From a virus (Duplodnaviria > Caudoviricetes), in the IMG/VR virus record IMGVR_UViG_3300023197_000044, positions 1 through 57,376 of that record: 57,376 nt of DNA; one strand, 5' to 3'. Position 1 is the first letter of the stretch; each line of letters begins with the position of its first letter. Under the pieces are notes generated by a model. The model saw nothing but the letters and a program-made list of their open reading frames with translations. It made no database searches and was not told where the DNA came from. Positions 38,236-48,171 of this stretch are shown here, one piece after another. The position numbers and the translations under genes were made by a program.

Positions 38236-39615
38236 ATGTCTAATTTACTGGACGCTCTTTACTCTAACGCATGGGCGATCACGGACGGGAAGATCCGTGA
38301 CATCGAAGCCATGCTCCAGCGCCACTCCGCTGGCGTCTCCCTGCCCGACCACAAGATTCAGGAGATCGTCGATCAGAATGACACCGCCTCTTTCGAAGGG
38401 CTGTCGGACTTCGACCAGATCACGAGCGGGGGCTACCTCCGCAAGGGCGACACCGCCTACGTGCCCATTCACGGGACGATTGTGAGCCGTGCGGGCTTCA
38501 TTGCGAAGGCGAGTGGGGCCGTGAGCCCGCAGGCCGTACAGGAGCGCCTGCGTAGCGCAGCCGCCGACGAAGAGGTGGAGCGCATTGTGCTCGACATCGA
38601 CAGCCCCGGTGGCACTGTCGCCGGGACGATCCCGACCGCCAACACCGTGGCGAGGGTCGCCGAGGACAAGGAGGTGGTCGCAGTTGGCGAGAACATGATC
38701 GCCAGCGCAGCCTACTGGATCGGCTCGCACGCCGACCGGCTGATCGTGGGAGAAGGCGCCCAGGTGGGCTCCATCGGCGTGATCGCCGTCCACCGGGACC
38801 ACACCGGCAAGCTGGAAGAGGAGGGCATCGAATCCACAATTGTACGAGTGCAGGGTGATAAGGCCCTTGGGCACCCCGAGGAGGCGTTTTCCGACGAAGC
38901 CCGCGAGGTGTGGGAGGAGCGCCTGAAAGGGTACTATGACCTGTTTACAGAAGCGGTTGCGAGGTCGATGGGTATTCCCGAAGATGACCTTCGCAGCGAG
39001 ATCGGTTCTCGCTCTTACATGGGCAGAGACGCCGTAGAAGCCGGACTCGCGGACCAGATTGGCTCCCTTGCTGCCGTGCTTCGTTCGAGCAATACTTACG
39101 AACCCAAAGACAACCAATTTACCATGAGTGACGCCAACGAAGAGAGCGCCGAGAAATCGGTACAGGATCGTATTGAGGCCCTTGAGGCACGGCTGGAAGC
39201 GGAAGAGCAGCGGGCAGAGCAGGCAGAGGCGCAGGCAGAGAAAGCCGCGCAGCTTGCCGAGCAGCAGTCCGAAGCGCTCGCCGAGCAGCGACGCGATTCC
39301 GTCCGCCAGGAGGCGACTTCCCTGGTTGACGACGAGATCATCGGCAAGGGCAAGGCGAAGCAGTCGCAGCGCGACAGCCTCCTCGCCGAATGCACCGACG
39401 AGGGCGGCAATTACGACTCGTCCCGCATTAGCCTCGTCCGCACGATGTACCAAGGCATCGCCGAAGGCAGTGCTGTTCCGGTCAACGGAGCGGGCATCTC
39501 CGACGAAGCTAATCGAAGCGACGAGGACGCGGCCTCCGATGTTGAGGACTATGACATCCGGCAGGACCTCGTAAGCAACCTTCCCAGCCGACACCGGCAG
39601 ACGGTGGCGCGGTAA
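38236..39615 (+). CDS. Head maturation protease, S49 family, with a C-terminal scaffold region
   Basis: LDIDSPGG, ASAAYWIGS, GSIGV, AGLAD. Confidence 0.93.
   Translation: MSNLLDALYSNAWAITDGKIRDIEAMLQRHSAGVSLPDHKIQEIVDQNDTASFEGLSDFDQITSGGYLRKGDTAYVPIHGTIVSRAGFIAKASGAVSPQAVQERLRSAAADEEVERIVLDIDSPGGTVAGTIPTANTVARVAEDKEVVAVGENMIASAAYWIGSHADRLIVGEGAQVGSIGVIAVHRDHTGKLEEEGIESTIVRVQGDKALGHPEEAFSDEAREVWEERLKGYYDLFTEAVARSMGIPEDDLRSEIGSRSYMGRDAVEAGLADQIGSLAAVLRSSNTYEPKDNQFTMSDANEESAEKSVQDRIEALEARLEAEEQRAEQAEAQAEKAAQLAEQQSEALAEQRRDSVRQEATSLVDDEIIGKGKAKQSQRDSLLAECTDEGGNYDSSRISLVRTMYQGIAEGSAVPVNGAGISDEANRSDEDAASDVEDYDIRQDLVSNLPSRHRQTVAR
39124..39615 (+). CDS. Predicted nested in-frame scaffolding protein
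   Basis: Internal AAAGACAACCAATTTACCATG leader; acidic coiled coil MSDANEE... Confidence 0.65.
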   Translation: MSDANEESAEKSVQDRIEALEARLEAEEQRAEQAEAQAEKAAQLAEQQSEALAEQRRDSVRQEATSLVDDEIIGKGKAKQSQRDSLLAECTDEGGNYDSSRISLVRTMYQGIAEGSAVPVNGAGISDEANRSDEDAASDVEDYDIRQDLVSNLPSRHRQTVAR

Positions 39616-39685
39616 GGCGCGGGGCTGGAAGGCCCCTTCACGCACGAAATTCTTTCACACGAAAACTGGCATATAGCCAAACACC

Positions 39686-40147
39686 ATGACTACTGATCTT
39701 GGAGGTCGCGTGGCGCCGAAACTCAGCCGCCCGACCGGATTCTACACGACGCACGACGTTAAGCTCGGGGAGGCCGTGAAGGTAGGGACCCTCGCGCTCA
39801 TTCAGGGCGGTGAGCTTGTCGATGCCGACCCGACCGCCGTTGGAAATGGCGGGACCCCCGTGGTCGTTGATCGCGGCGAGCACACGATCCCGGAGGACGG
39901 GGAGACGCAGTTGGACAACCGCAACGGAACGGACGGCGAGCCCGTCCGCGCCCGAGTGGTGAACGGAGAGGTCTTCCTGTTCAACACCGACACCGCCGTC
40001 ACGACCGCCGACGAGGGCACCGATGTCTACATGCTGGACAACGATACCGTCCAGAAGGCGCAGCCCACAGGCGAGCCCCGCGTTGGGCACATCGTGCGCG
40101 TCGAGGACACGAACCTGGCCTTTGTCAAGGTCGACGGCCTCTCGTAA
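39686..40147 (+). CDS. Head decoration/cement-like protein
   Basis: Lies between the protease and capsid genes; beta-rich. Confidence 0.6.
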   Translation: MTTDLGGRVAPKLSRPTGFYTTHDVKLGEAVKVGTLALIQGGELVDADPTAVGNGGTPVVVDRGEHTIPEDGETQLDNRNGTDGEPVRARVVNGEVFLFNTDTAVTTADEGTDVYMLDNDTVQKAQPTGEPRVGHIVRVEDTNLAFVKVDGLS

Positions 40148-40239
40148 GGCCCCTTCACCACACTCACTCATTACCGGCGCCTGGGGCCTAGCGCTCCAGG
40201 GGCTTACCGGCCCCGGCGCCACAGACCACACAAACAACC

Positions 40240-41187
40240 ATGGATGTCAACCGCCAGAATCTTGAGCGCATCCGAGAGAACTTTTCTCGGCTGTTCTTCG
40301 AGGTTCTTCAGTCGAATCAGAATCAGGGACGAGAGTTCGTCGAGAAGCTGGGCCGCATCGTGCCGTCTAGCGCCTCGAAGGAGACGTATCAGTGGATGGT
40401 CCGCACCGGCGGCCTCCGTAAGTTCGAGGGCGAGCGTGTCCTGAACCGCTTCAAGTCCTACGACCTCACGATTGAGGCCGACGAGTACGAGGACAGCCTG
40501 GAGGTCGACCTTCGGGACATCGAGCGGGATCGCCTCGGGATGCACGCCCCCGGAATCGCCTCGATGGCTGAGAGCGTCTTCTGGCACTACGCCGTGCTGT
40601 TCACCGACCTCCTGGAGGGCGGGTTCAGCGTCACGGCCTACGACGGCGCCAACTTCTTCGGCACCGATCACCCGTGCCACGACGACAAAGACGTGTTCTC
40701 GAACACCTCCGACCTGGAGCTTAGTGTCGAGGCGTTCCGTGCGATGAAGCTCGCGCCCACGAAGATCCTCGACCGCAACGGTCGCCGGATGGGCGTGAAG
40801 TACGACACGCTGTTCGTCCCGACCGAGCTTGAGGAGAAGGCCACCTCGCTCAACAACGACGAGTACCTTCTGAAGGACCAGTCGGACCCGTCGCTGGGCT
40901 CCTACAAGAACCCGGTGCGCGGTCAGTTCGACGAGATCGTCGAGCTTGAGTACACGTCGCCTTCCGCGTCCACCAAGTATTGGGCAGCGGACTCGCGGCT
41001 CGTGGAGACCGTTCCTCCGATGCTGCTCCAGCAGGTCAAGACCCCGGACTACTCGGCGGTCACGAACCCGCAGGACTTCCAGGTCTGGAACAGCCGGAAG
41101 GTCTACCACGGCACGCACTGCGAGCACGGCGCCGGGTACGGGCTCCCGCACGCAATCTTCGGCGGCACGGGCACGGTTACGCCCTAA
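40240..41187 (+). CDS. Major capsid protein (Mu-like gpT family)
   Basis: VPSSASKETYQWM...FEGER...YEDSLEV..RDIERDRLG, YDGANFFGTDHP, GAGYGLP. Confidence 0.92.
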   Translation: MDVNRQNLERIRENFSRLFFEVLQSNQNQGREFVEKLGRIVPSSASKETYQWMVRTGGLRKFEGERVLNRFKSYDLTIEADEYEDSLEVDLRDIERDRLGMHAPGIASMAESVFWHYAVLFTDLLEGGFSVTAYDGANFFGTDHPCHDDKDVFSNTSDLELSVEAFRAMKLAPTKILDRNGRRMGVKYDTLFVPTELEEKATSLNNDEYLLKDQSDPSLGSYKNPVRGQFDEIVELEYTSPSASTKYWAADSRLVETVPPMLLQQVKTPDYSAVTNPQDFQVWNSRKVYHGTHCEHGAGYGLPHAIFGGTGTVTP

Positions 41188-41294
41188 GCTGAAGGTGGGT
41201 AGTGCCTAAGCAGAACTCCGGGGGTGGGGTGTTTCCTCCTTTCCGCCCTGCCCCCGGCCCCTTTTGGGGTTCACACTGAAACCGATGCGCAAAG

Positions 41295-41762
41295 ATGGAT
41301 CTGACCGGACTTGAGGCAAGCATACAGAAGGTCGAGGAGCGGCGAGGTGTTGTCGTGGTCCGACCGAGCGGGTCCGGCAAGGATTACCGGCATGGGGGTA
41401 TCATGCGCGACACAGAGGTCCAAATAGACCCCATCGAGACGCCGGAAGACGAGAATGGAGAGACGAGACAGGTTGGTGGCTTGATTGAGCTTGAAACCAA
41501 CCTGATGCAGACGGAGGCAACTACCTCCTTGCGCCTGATGAAGGAGATTACATCGGGTCGTGTTGACATCATCCTAATACCGAACGAGGTCGCGGCAACG
41601 ACGCTAACGGCGTCCGGCGCTGAGGCCGCAGGGGACCTAAAGTTCCCTGGGCGTCACCTGAAAGTAGGTGCCCGAATCAAGTATGACGGGAGCGAAGGAC
41701 ATTTGCCCGCCAGCATGGGGTTTCGCGCCCCGAAGAGTGACCTCGAATCGTTTACCCTCTAA
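41295..41762 (+). CDS. Tail tube-like protein, divergent paralogue 1
   Basis: EASIQKVEERRGVVV, GIMRDT and MQT align with the next two genes. Confidence 0.55.
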   Translation: MDLTGLEASIQKVEERRGVVVVRPSGSGKDYRHGGIMRDTEVQIDPIETPEDENGETRQVGGLIELETNLMQTEATTSLRLMKEITSGRVDIILIPNEVAATTLTASGAEAAGDLKFPGRHLKVGARIKYDGSEGHLPASMGFRAPKSDLESFTL

Positions 41763-41801
41763 CCGAGGCGCTTACCGGCGCCGTAGACCACACAGACAAC
41801 C

Positions 41802-42347
41802 ATGGCTACCAATGCAACGCTCGATGCCTTTGAAGAGCGGATCGACAACATCAAGCAGCGTCGGGGCGTCGTCGTGTTTGCTCAGGCGAGCGACTATATC
41901 GACTGGAGCGACGGCACCACAACCAGCCTCGCCCTGAACACTGCCGGGATCATCAAGGACACCAATGTCCAGGGAGAGCCCAACCAGTTCGGCCCCGACA
42001 ACCAGGGCCGCACGTTCACCAAAGGCTTCGATATCACGGCACAGTTCGCTGCGATGCAGACCGGGGCACAGGAACTCCAGAACCTCCCGGCCCTCGCCGA
42101 GCCCACGGGCAACGGTCTCTACATCGCTTTCGTGGATAACCCGTTCCCGATTGCCGACCAGACGGCGGGCATTATGATGTCGGACATCGACGTGCTCGAC
42201 AAGGTGGAACTCCTGAACGCATCGGTCAACCCGTCCTTCTCCCTCGACTTTAGCCGAGAGGAGTCCGAGATCGGCAACGAGATCAACGGCTATGTGTCGG
42301 TCGACGAGTTGGAGAAGATGTACATTGAGCCGATTCTGATGGGCTAA
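41802..42347 (+). CDS. Tail tube-like protein, paralogue 2
   Basis: Position before the chaperone and tape measure; near-identical to 42406-43158. Confidence 0.62.
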   Translation: MATNATLDAFEERIDNIKQRRGVVVFAQASDYIDWSDGTTTSLALNTAGIIKDTNVQGEPNQFGPDNQGRTFTKGFDITAQFAAMQTGAQELQNLPALAEPTGNGLYIAFVDNPFPIADQTAGIMMSDIDVLDKVELLNASVNPSFSLDFSREESEIGNEINGYVSVDELEKMYIEPILMG

Positions 42348-42405
42348 TTCGATAGGGGCCTTACCGGGCTCCTCTCTCCTTCACCTCTAAGACCACAAGA
42401 CAACC

Positions 42406-43158
42406 ATGAGCAACGCAAAGCTATCCGCCTTCGAAGAGCGGATCGAGAATATCAAGCAGCGTCGGGGCGTTCTGCTGTTCGCGGATGCGAGCACGTATAT
42501 CACCCAGCGCGAGGAGATTACTGCCGTTGACGACGGAACGAACACCGTGGACGTTGCGGCGGACCTGAGCGGGCTTTCTGTCGGGGTCGGGGTGCCGATC
42601 ATCGACGCACCTACGGACCCGAATACGGGCACGTACACGCTCACAGACGCCACCTACGACGGCACCACGTACACCACACTTACTTTCGACGAGGCGCTTG
42701 GAGGCGCCACCGTAGAGGGCTACGTTGTTGATCCGCGCTTCGCCCTCAACACCGCTGGGATCGTCAAGGACACCAACATTGGCGGCGAGCCCAATCAGTT
42801 TGGGCCGGACAACCAGGGCCGAACCTTTACCAAGGGGTTCGACATCACCGGGCAGTTTGCCATGATGCAAACTGGAGCCCCGGAGCTTCAAAACCTTCCC
42901 GCGCTTGCGGAGCCTGCCGGAAACGGGCTCTACGTCGCCTTCGTCGACAACCCCTTTCCCGTGGCAGACCAGGGTGCCGGGGTTCAGTTCACGGACATCG
43001 CCTTGCAGGACAAGGTAGAGCTTCTGAACGCCGCCGTGAACCCGACCTTTGCGCTAGATTTCAGTCGGGAAGAGTCCGACATCTCCAGCGAGATCACGGG
43101 CTACGTTTCCGTCTCGGAGCTTGAAAAGATGTACTCCGCGCCCATTCTCATGGGCTAA
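42406..43158 (+). CDS. Tail tube-like protein, paralogue 3 with ~70-aa insertion
   Basis: Shares NIKQRRGV and GEPNQFGPDNQGRTFTKGFDIT...PILMG with paralogue 2. Confidence 0.62.
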   Translation: MSNAKLSAFEERIENIKQRRGVLLFADASTYITQREEITAVDDGTNTVDVAADLSGLSVGVGVPIIDAPTDPNTGTYTLTDATYDGTTYTTLTFDEALGGATVEGYVVDPRFALNTAGIVKDTNIGGEPNQFGPDNQGRTFTKGFDITGQFAMMQTGAPELQNLPALAEPAGNGLYVAFVDNPFPVADQGAGVQFTDIALQDKVELLNAAVNPTFALDFSREESDISSEITGYVSVSELEKMYSAPILMG

Positions 43159-43185
43159 TTCACACACACATAGACCCAGCGAGAT

Positions 43186-43662
43186 ATGCCAGTCAAGGAA
43201 TTTTCTGGCAACGCAACGGTCGAGATTAGGGATGGGCAGGGCACGACGCTTTCGTCGCACGCCCTGCCCTTTTCTGATGGGAGGATCGCTGCGAAGCCAA
43301 AGCGACCAGGCGGACTCCCTTTCAGGGAGCTTGTCGACGGGCGGCGCAAGGAGCGCCGTGCGGACGGCTTCTATCGAGACGTGGAGTTGGATTGGGCAGA
43401 GCTATCCATTGATGCACACGCGGTCCTCGTGGGCCTGATTGATGCCCTGCACCTCCGCGCAGACGCCGACGAGGTGTACTTTTGCCCGGAGAACCCGGTG
43501 CCTACCGGGGCCTGGGACGACGACTTCATTTGGAGGGTCGTGCCCGCAATCAGCGGGGGCGACATCGACCTGATTTATGAGGACCGGGTGCGGGCTCGCG
43601 GCGCATCCCTTACCCTGAAAGCACATGACGCAATAACCACCCTACCGGGTTGGTTCGAGTAG
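43186..43662 (+). CDS. Hypothetical tail-module protein
   Basis: Position within the tail operon. Confidence 0.6.
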   Translation: MPVKEFSGNATVEIRDGQGTTLSSHALPFSDGRIAAKPKRPGGLPFRELVDGRRKERRADGFYRDVELDWAELSIDAHAVLVGLIDALHLRADADEVYFCPENPVPTGAWDDDFIWRVVPAISGGDIDLIYEDRVRARGASLTLKAHDAITTLPGWFE

Positions 43663-43685
43663 CTTTTCACCCAAGGAGGACAACC

Positions 43686-44054
43686 ATGAGTTCATACCGA
43701 CGACCGAAGTACGATGAGCAGGGCAAAACCTTCACGCTCGTCAAGACATCTCAGCACAATCGCGCCAAGCTCCGGGAGTACATGGACGAGCGCAACGACA
43801 GGATGTTGGAGCGGGAGGAGGCCCTGGAAGAGCAGGCAAACGGCAACCTGGACGTGAAGCTGCCGGACCCGATCAACCAGTACGAGATGTATTGGGACTG
43901 GTTCGTGATGCTCACCGATGGCCCGCACGACGAGATCGACCGAGAGCACTTCGATGAAAAGCTCGGCGAGAAGGTACTGTCGGATTTCGTGCCGCAAGCC
44001 ACAAGGACTCTGCTCGTGCAGCAAGGACTTTTGCCGCCTCTGACAGCGATGTAA
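43686..44054 (+). CDS. Tail assembly chaperone (G), probably extended by a -1 frameshift to 44254 (GT)
   Basis: Directly upstream of the tape measure; the -1 frame is open 43958-44254. Confidence 0.7.
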   Translation: MSSYRRPKYDEQGKTFTLVKTSQHNRAKLREYMDERNDRMLEREEALEEQANGNLDVKLPDPINQYEMYWDWFVMLTDGPHDEIDREHFDEKLGEKVLSDFVPQATRTLLVQQGLLPPLTAM

Positions 44055-44253
44055 GCGACGACCTCCAGGAGCCCTCCTGGAGCGGGCACTTGAAGGACAT
44101 TATTGGCGAGCCCATGCGGTTCGTCACCTTGAGGCTTGCTGACTACGACCCCGCTCGCGCCGCAGAGATCGAGCGGGACTGCACTATCACTGAGATCGCC
44201 GAAGCTGCCATGGTGAAGCAGCACGACAATGACACCGAGGTTGAGTTAGACTA

Positions 44254-47200
44254 ATGGATAAAGATGCGGGACGAGAAGTAAGCATTCACTTAACGCTTGG
44301 TGACAGCGACTTCGCCGACCAGTTCAACAAGGTTATCGGGGGCCTCACCGACCAGTTGAACCAGTCTGGCAAGCAGTTCGCCTCGCACATGGCGTCGGCG
44401 GAAAAGTCTATCCGCCAATCCACTGAGGCCCTGTCAGACACGATCTCCGATGAGCCGGGTCGACAGGCCCGCTCTAAGGGGCCGAGTGCTGGGCCTGGGC
44501 GTGGGGTCAAGAACGCCGAGGGCTCCATGGCTCGCGCCAACAAGCTGATGCAGCAGATGGAGAAGCGGTCCATCGACGCCAGCGAGGGAGCTATGCGAAT
44601 GGGCACCGAATACGAGGAGGTCCAGAAGGTCGTGAATGACCTCGTGACCGCGACGGAGAAGTTGAAGGACGGGTCTCGCGTCACGCACGACTTGAAGGCG
44701 CAGAACCGGCTCCGCAAGCAGGCCGGGAAGACGATCAACCAACTCACCAAGAAGATCAAGGAGCTTGCCCGCACGGAGCAGATCAGCCGTGAGCAAGCCG
44801 AGCGAATGCTGGGGGACCTACGGGACGGAGCGGCCCGCTACTCCGACGAGCGCATCAAGGCAGAGAAGGCGATCCAGTCTGTCCAGCGCAAAAGCATGAC
44901 GGAGTTCCGTCGCCAAATGAAAAGCCGGATCGCCCTCGTCGACGCCCTGCCCGAGAAGCATGATCGCATCCGGGACCAGTTAGAGGCCGAGCGCAAGACG
45001 CTCGTGCAGAAGGTCGAGGCGAACGAGGACAACATTCAGGCTATCGAGCGCCTTGCCGAGGTGAAGAAGACGATTGGCAAGCTCGACAAGCAAGAGCAGA
45101 AGCGTAGACAGGCCCAGGCGAAGCTACGCCAGGAACGCGAGACCCAAAAGGCTGCGGGCTCGGAGATGGCGTTCGGGGTCAACATGAAGCAGCAGAAGAA
45201 GCGGGTTAAGCAGGAGCTTGATGAGATGAGGCAGATCATTGCAAGCAGGAACCCCTTCGAAGCCCTCAAGGACTCCTTCGGGGCCGGGGACAGCTTGAAG
45301 AAGCAGAAGGGGGAGCTTGAGGAGATATTCCGGCTCATGGACAAGGAGGGCGAAGAGGCCGCGAAGGGTCTAAAGCAGGCCCAGCAGCAAAAGCTCGCCA
45401 TGCTTGACGAGGAGATTGACCGCCTCATTCAGCGAGACCAGATCGGCGAGGCGACCGAGCAGGAGCAGATCAGGCTCAACGAGCTTGAGGAGCAGCGCCT
45501 TCGTACCCTGAAAAACATCGAAAACACCGAGGAACAGATTAAGCGAGAGAAGGCGGGGCAGACCGCTCGGCAGCAGGGGCAGGGCGCGGGCCGGAAGGCG
45601 GTTCGTCGCAGGATGCGCCAGGACGGCTCCTTTGCTCAGTACAACGCCTCTCTACAGATGTCGCGTCTTGTCCAGGACGCTCCCTTCGGGCTAATGGGCA
45701 TGATGAACAACATTGACATGGCGGTCGACTCCATGCAGAAGCTCCGCAAGCAGACGGAGAGCACCGGGCAGGCGATGAAGAAGCTGTTCTTCGGCAGCAC
45801 TGCCTCGACGATGCTGTGGATCAACGCCCTCACGGCGGCGACACTCATCCTTTCGAGGCACGTCGACATCGCGGGCCGATTCGAGCAGCAGTGGGAGGAC
45901 ACGAAGGCGGCAATCTTCGGCGCGGGAGACGCGATGGAAAACCTCAAGGAGCAGATTGACGAGGCTACGAAGTCGAACCTCGTAATCATGGACAACATCT
46001 CTGCGGAGAAGGCGAAGGGTACCCTGGAGGACGTGACTCAGAAGCTCCACGACTTGCGCATGGAGCGCCGTGAGTACGTGAAGGGGCCGGAGGTGCTTGG
46101 CGGGCCGAACATTCCGGGGACGGAGACCTGGGGTGTAGGCGGGATCAAGCAATACCTCTTCCCGGACGAGGATATGCAGGAGTTCAATGAGCAGATCAGC
46201 GAGATGGAGCAGTATGAGGAGCAGTTAGGCGAGTTTGTCGCCGAGGGCTTCGGGATGAAAGAGGCGTACGAGAGGTCCGCCGAGTTCGGTGTTCTCACTG
46301 TGAAGGAGCACGCCAAAGTGCTCGACGAGATTCAGAGTCACCAGTCCGAGATGGCAGACATCATGCTGCGCGGGCGAGACGGGGAAGAGGCGATCCCCTA
46401 CAAGAAAGACAAGATCCGGGCGCGGTACGAGGAGGAGACCCGTGAGATCGAGGCCCTGATGCAGAAGAGGGCGAAGCAGTTGCGGGCTGCGCGGGACGCC
46501 AATGCCGAGGAGGAGGCGAAGAGACTACAGAAAAATCTACTGCTGCTCACGGACAAGCTCGGTGGCCTGCCCGCTGCACGTGAGCGTGAGCTTGCCAATG
46601 TCGGCGAGGACGGGTCCGGTGACGACGACCCGGCTGATGGGCTCCGTGAACTGATCGACATGCGCCACGAGGTAAAGCGGCGCGAGATCGAGATTTCGGA
46701 GGAGGGCCTGGAGGAGAAGAAGCAAATCATCGACCACGAGTTGAAGGTCCAGAAGGTCGCCCTTGACAGGCGCTTAGAGGACTTCGAGGGTACAGTTACA
46801 CAGGAGGCCGAGTTTGCCGAGTTGATCGCAGAGCGCAAGGCCCAGGCCGAGGAGCAGGCCGAGAGGGACAAGACGGACGCCGTAGAGGAGCACGCCCGGA
46901 AGCGTCGGCAAATCCGCATGGAGAATGCCCAGGTCGAACTCGACCTCCAGAAGAAGCGCCTATCCCTGCAAGACGACACCAACCGGACTGCCATTGAGCG
47001 CTCCCGGCTCCAGATGAAGAGCAAGGTGCTCTCGATGAACGAGAAGATCGCCAAGGCTGAGGACGAGGGCTACACCGAACGCGCCGAGAATTTGCGTAAG
47101 ATCCGGGATCTACAGTCTCGCGTCCACGACCAGCGCGTTGCCGACATCCGGGCTCAGACTCAGGAGCGGGCGCGTCAGATGGAAGAGGAGATCAATTCGA

Positions 47201-48171
47201 TGGTCGACGGAGCCGAGCGCTATAGTCAGCGCATTGCCACCTTCCAGACCGGGATGTACCGGGGCGCCATTCAGGGCGAGGTGGAGCGCATCCAGATGGG
47301 ACGGGAGGAGGCGATCCGCTCTGCCAGGGACGAGTTCGGAAGCCGCATGTCGGAGATTGACGAAATGGAGAAGCAGGCCGAGGACACCTACGCGAACGAG
47401 CAGAAGTTCTACCAGCAGCGGCTCGCCCTCTACGAGTGGTTTCGAGAAGAGAAGGAGGCGATCAGGGAGGACTACGACGACCAGGAGGAGCAGGCAATCA
47501 AGGAGAGCCAGAGGGCATTTGCCAGCATGGTAGGTGGGCAACTGTCCAGCCGTCTCAGCGATGTGTCCAGTGGGCTGAATGATCTCCAGCGCGTGTTCGT
47601 CGCCAATCGCAAGAAGCACCTGATGGAGCAGGGCGTCGCGGAGGAGGAGGCCGCAGCGAGGGCCGAGGAGGCCGGTCGCAGGCGCTTCGCTATCAAGAAG
47701 AAAATCGCCATTGCAGAGGCGACGGTGAACACCTTCAATGCCGCGATGAACGCCTACAATCAGGCGTCGCAGTTTGGCGGGCTCGCTGGCGGGATCGCAG
47801 CCTTCACGACCGCACTCACATTCGGCTTCGCCCAGGTGGCTAAAATTCGGGCTATGGGAATCGAGAGTGCGGGCAAAAGCGGTGGTGGGGTCGACGCTTC
47901 GGGGTTAGGTTCCGGTACGGATGCAACGGGGTCCCAGGTGACAGATCCGAATAGCTCGTTCGCTCCGAGCGGCGCCGGAATGTCCACCAGCGGGAAGAGG
48001 CAGTCTGCTCAACAGGATAGCGTCGAAGGGCAGATCAAGGGGCTCCGGGGCGACATGGAGCGCCACACGGCGGCGATAGAGAATATGAAGCCCGAGGCTA
48101 CGATGAGCGACGATACCGCCATCGAGGCTGGGGAGAAATACTCCGACCACAAAAGCGAAGACACATACTAA
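44254..48171 (+). CDS. Tail tape measure protein
   Basis: 1305 aa, helical; LVQDAPFGLMGMMNNI and KKIAIAEATVNTF..A motifs. Confidence 0.92.
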   Translation: MDKDAGREVSIHLTLGDSDFADQFNKVIGGLTDQLNQSGKQFASHMASAEKSIRQSTEALSDTISDEPGRQARSKGPSAGPGRGVKNAEGSMARANKLMQQMEKRSIDASEGAMRMGTEYEEVQKVVNDLVTATEKLKDGSRVTHDLKAQNRLRKQAGKTINQLTKKIKELARTEQISREQAERMLGDLRDGAARYSDERIKAEKAIQSVQRKSMTEFRRQMKSRIALVDALPEKHDRIRDQLEAERKTLVQKVEANEDNIQAIERLAEVKKTIGKLDKQEQKRRQAQAKLRQERETQKAAGSEMAFGVNMKQQKKRVKQELDEMRQIIASRNPFEALKDSFGAGDSLKKQKGELEEIFRLMDKEGEEAAKGLKQAQQQKLAMLDEEIDRLIQRDQIGEATEQEQIRLNELEEQRLRTLKNIENTEEQIKREKAGQTARQQGQGAGRKAVRRRMRQDGSFAQYNASLQMSRLVQDAPFGLMGMMNNIDMAVDSMQKLRKQTESTGQAMKKLFFGSTASTMLWINALTAATLILSRHVDIAGRFEQQWEDTKAAIFGAGDAMENLKEQIDEATKSNLVIMDNISAEKAKGTLEDVTQKLHDLRMERREYVKGPEVLGGPNIPGTETWGVGGIKQYLFPDEDMQEFNEQISEMEQYEEQLGEFVAEGFGMKEAYERSAEFGVLTVKEHAKVLDEIQSHQSEMADIMLRGRDGEEAIPYKKDKIRARYEEETREIEALMQKRAKQLRAARDANAEEEAKRLQKNLLLLTDKLGGLPAARERELANVGEDGSGDDDPADGLRELIDMRHEVKRREIEISEEGLEEKKQIIDHELKVQKVALDRRLEDFEGTVTQEAEFAELIAERKAQAEEQAERDKTDAVEEHARKRRQIRMENAQVELDLQKKRLSLQDDTNRTAIERSRLQMKSKVLSMNEKIAKAEDEGYTERAENLRKIRDLQSRVHDQRVADIRAQTQERARQMEEEINSMVDGAERYSQRIATFQTGMYRGAIQGEVERIQMGREEAIRSARDEFGSRMSEIDEMEKQAEDTYANEQKFYQQRLALYEWFREEKEAIREDYDDQEEQAIKESQRAFASMVGGQLSSRLSDVSSGLNDLQRVFVANRKKHLMEQGVAEEEAAARAEEAGRRRFAIKKKIAIAEATVNTFNAAMNAYNQASQFGGLAGGIAAFTTALTFGFAQVAKIRAMGIESAGKSGGGVDASGLGSGTDATGSQVTDPNSSFAPSGAGMSTSGKRQSAQQDSVEGQIKGLRGDMERHTAAIENMKPEATMSDDTAIEAGEKYSDHKSEDTY

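Noticed and set aside
35096-41151. Long antisense ORFs (35096-36364, 38245-39645, 40204-41151)
   Set aside because: Shadows of the portal, protease and capsid genes, expected in GC-rich DNA.
41802-43158. Diversity-generating retroelement TR/VR pair
   Set aside because: No reverse transcriptase, and the differences between copies are not adenine-specific; ordinary paralogy.
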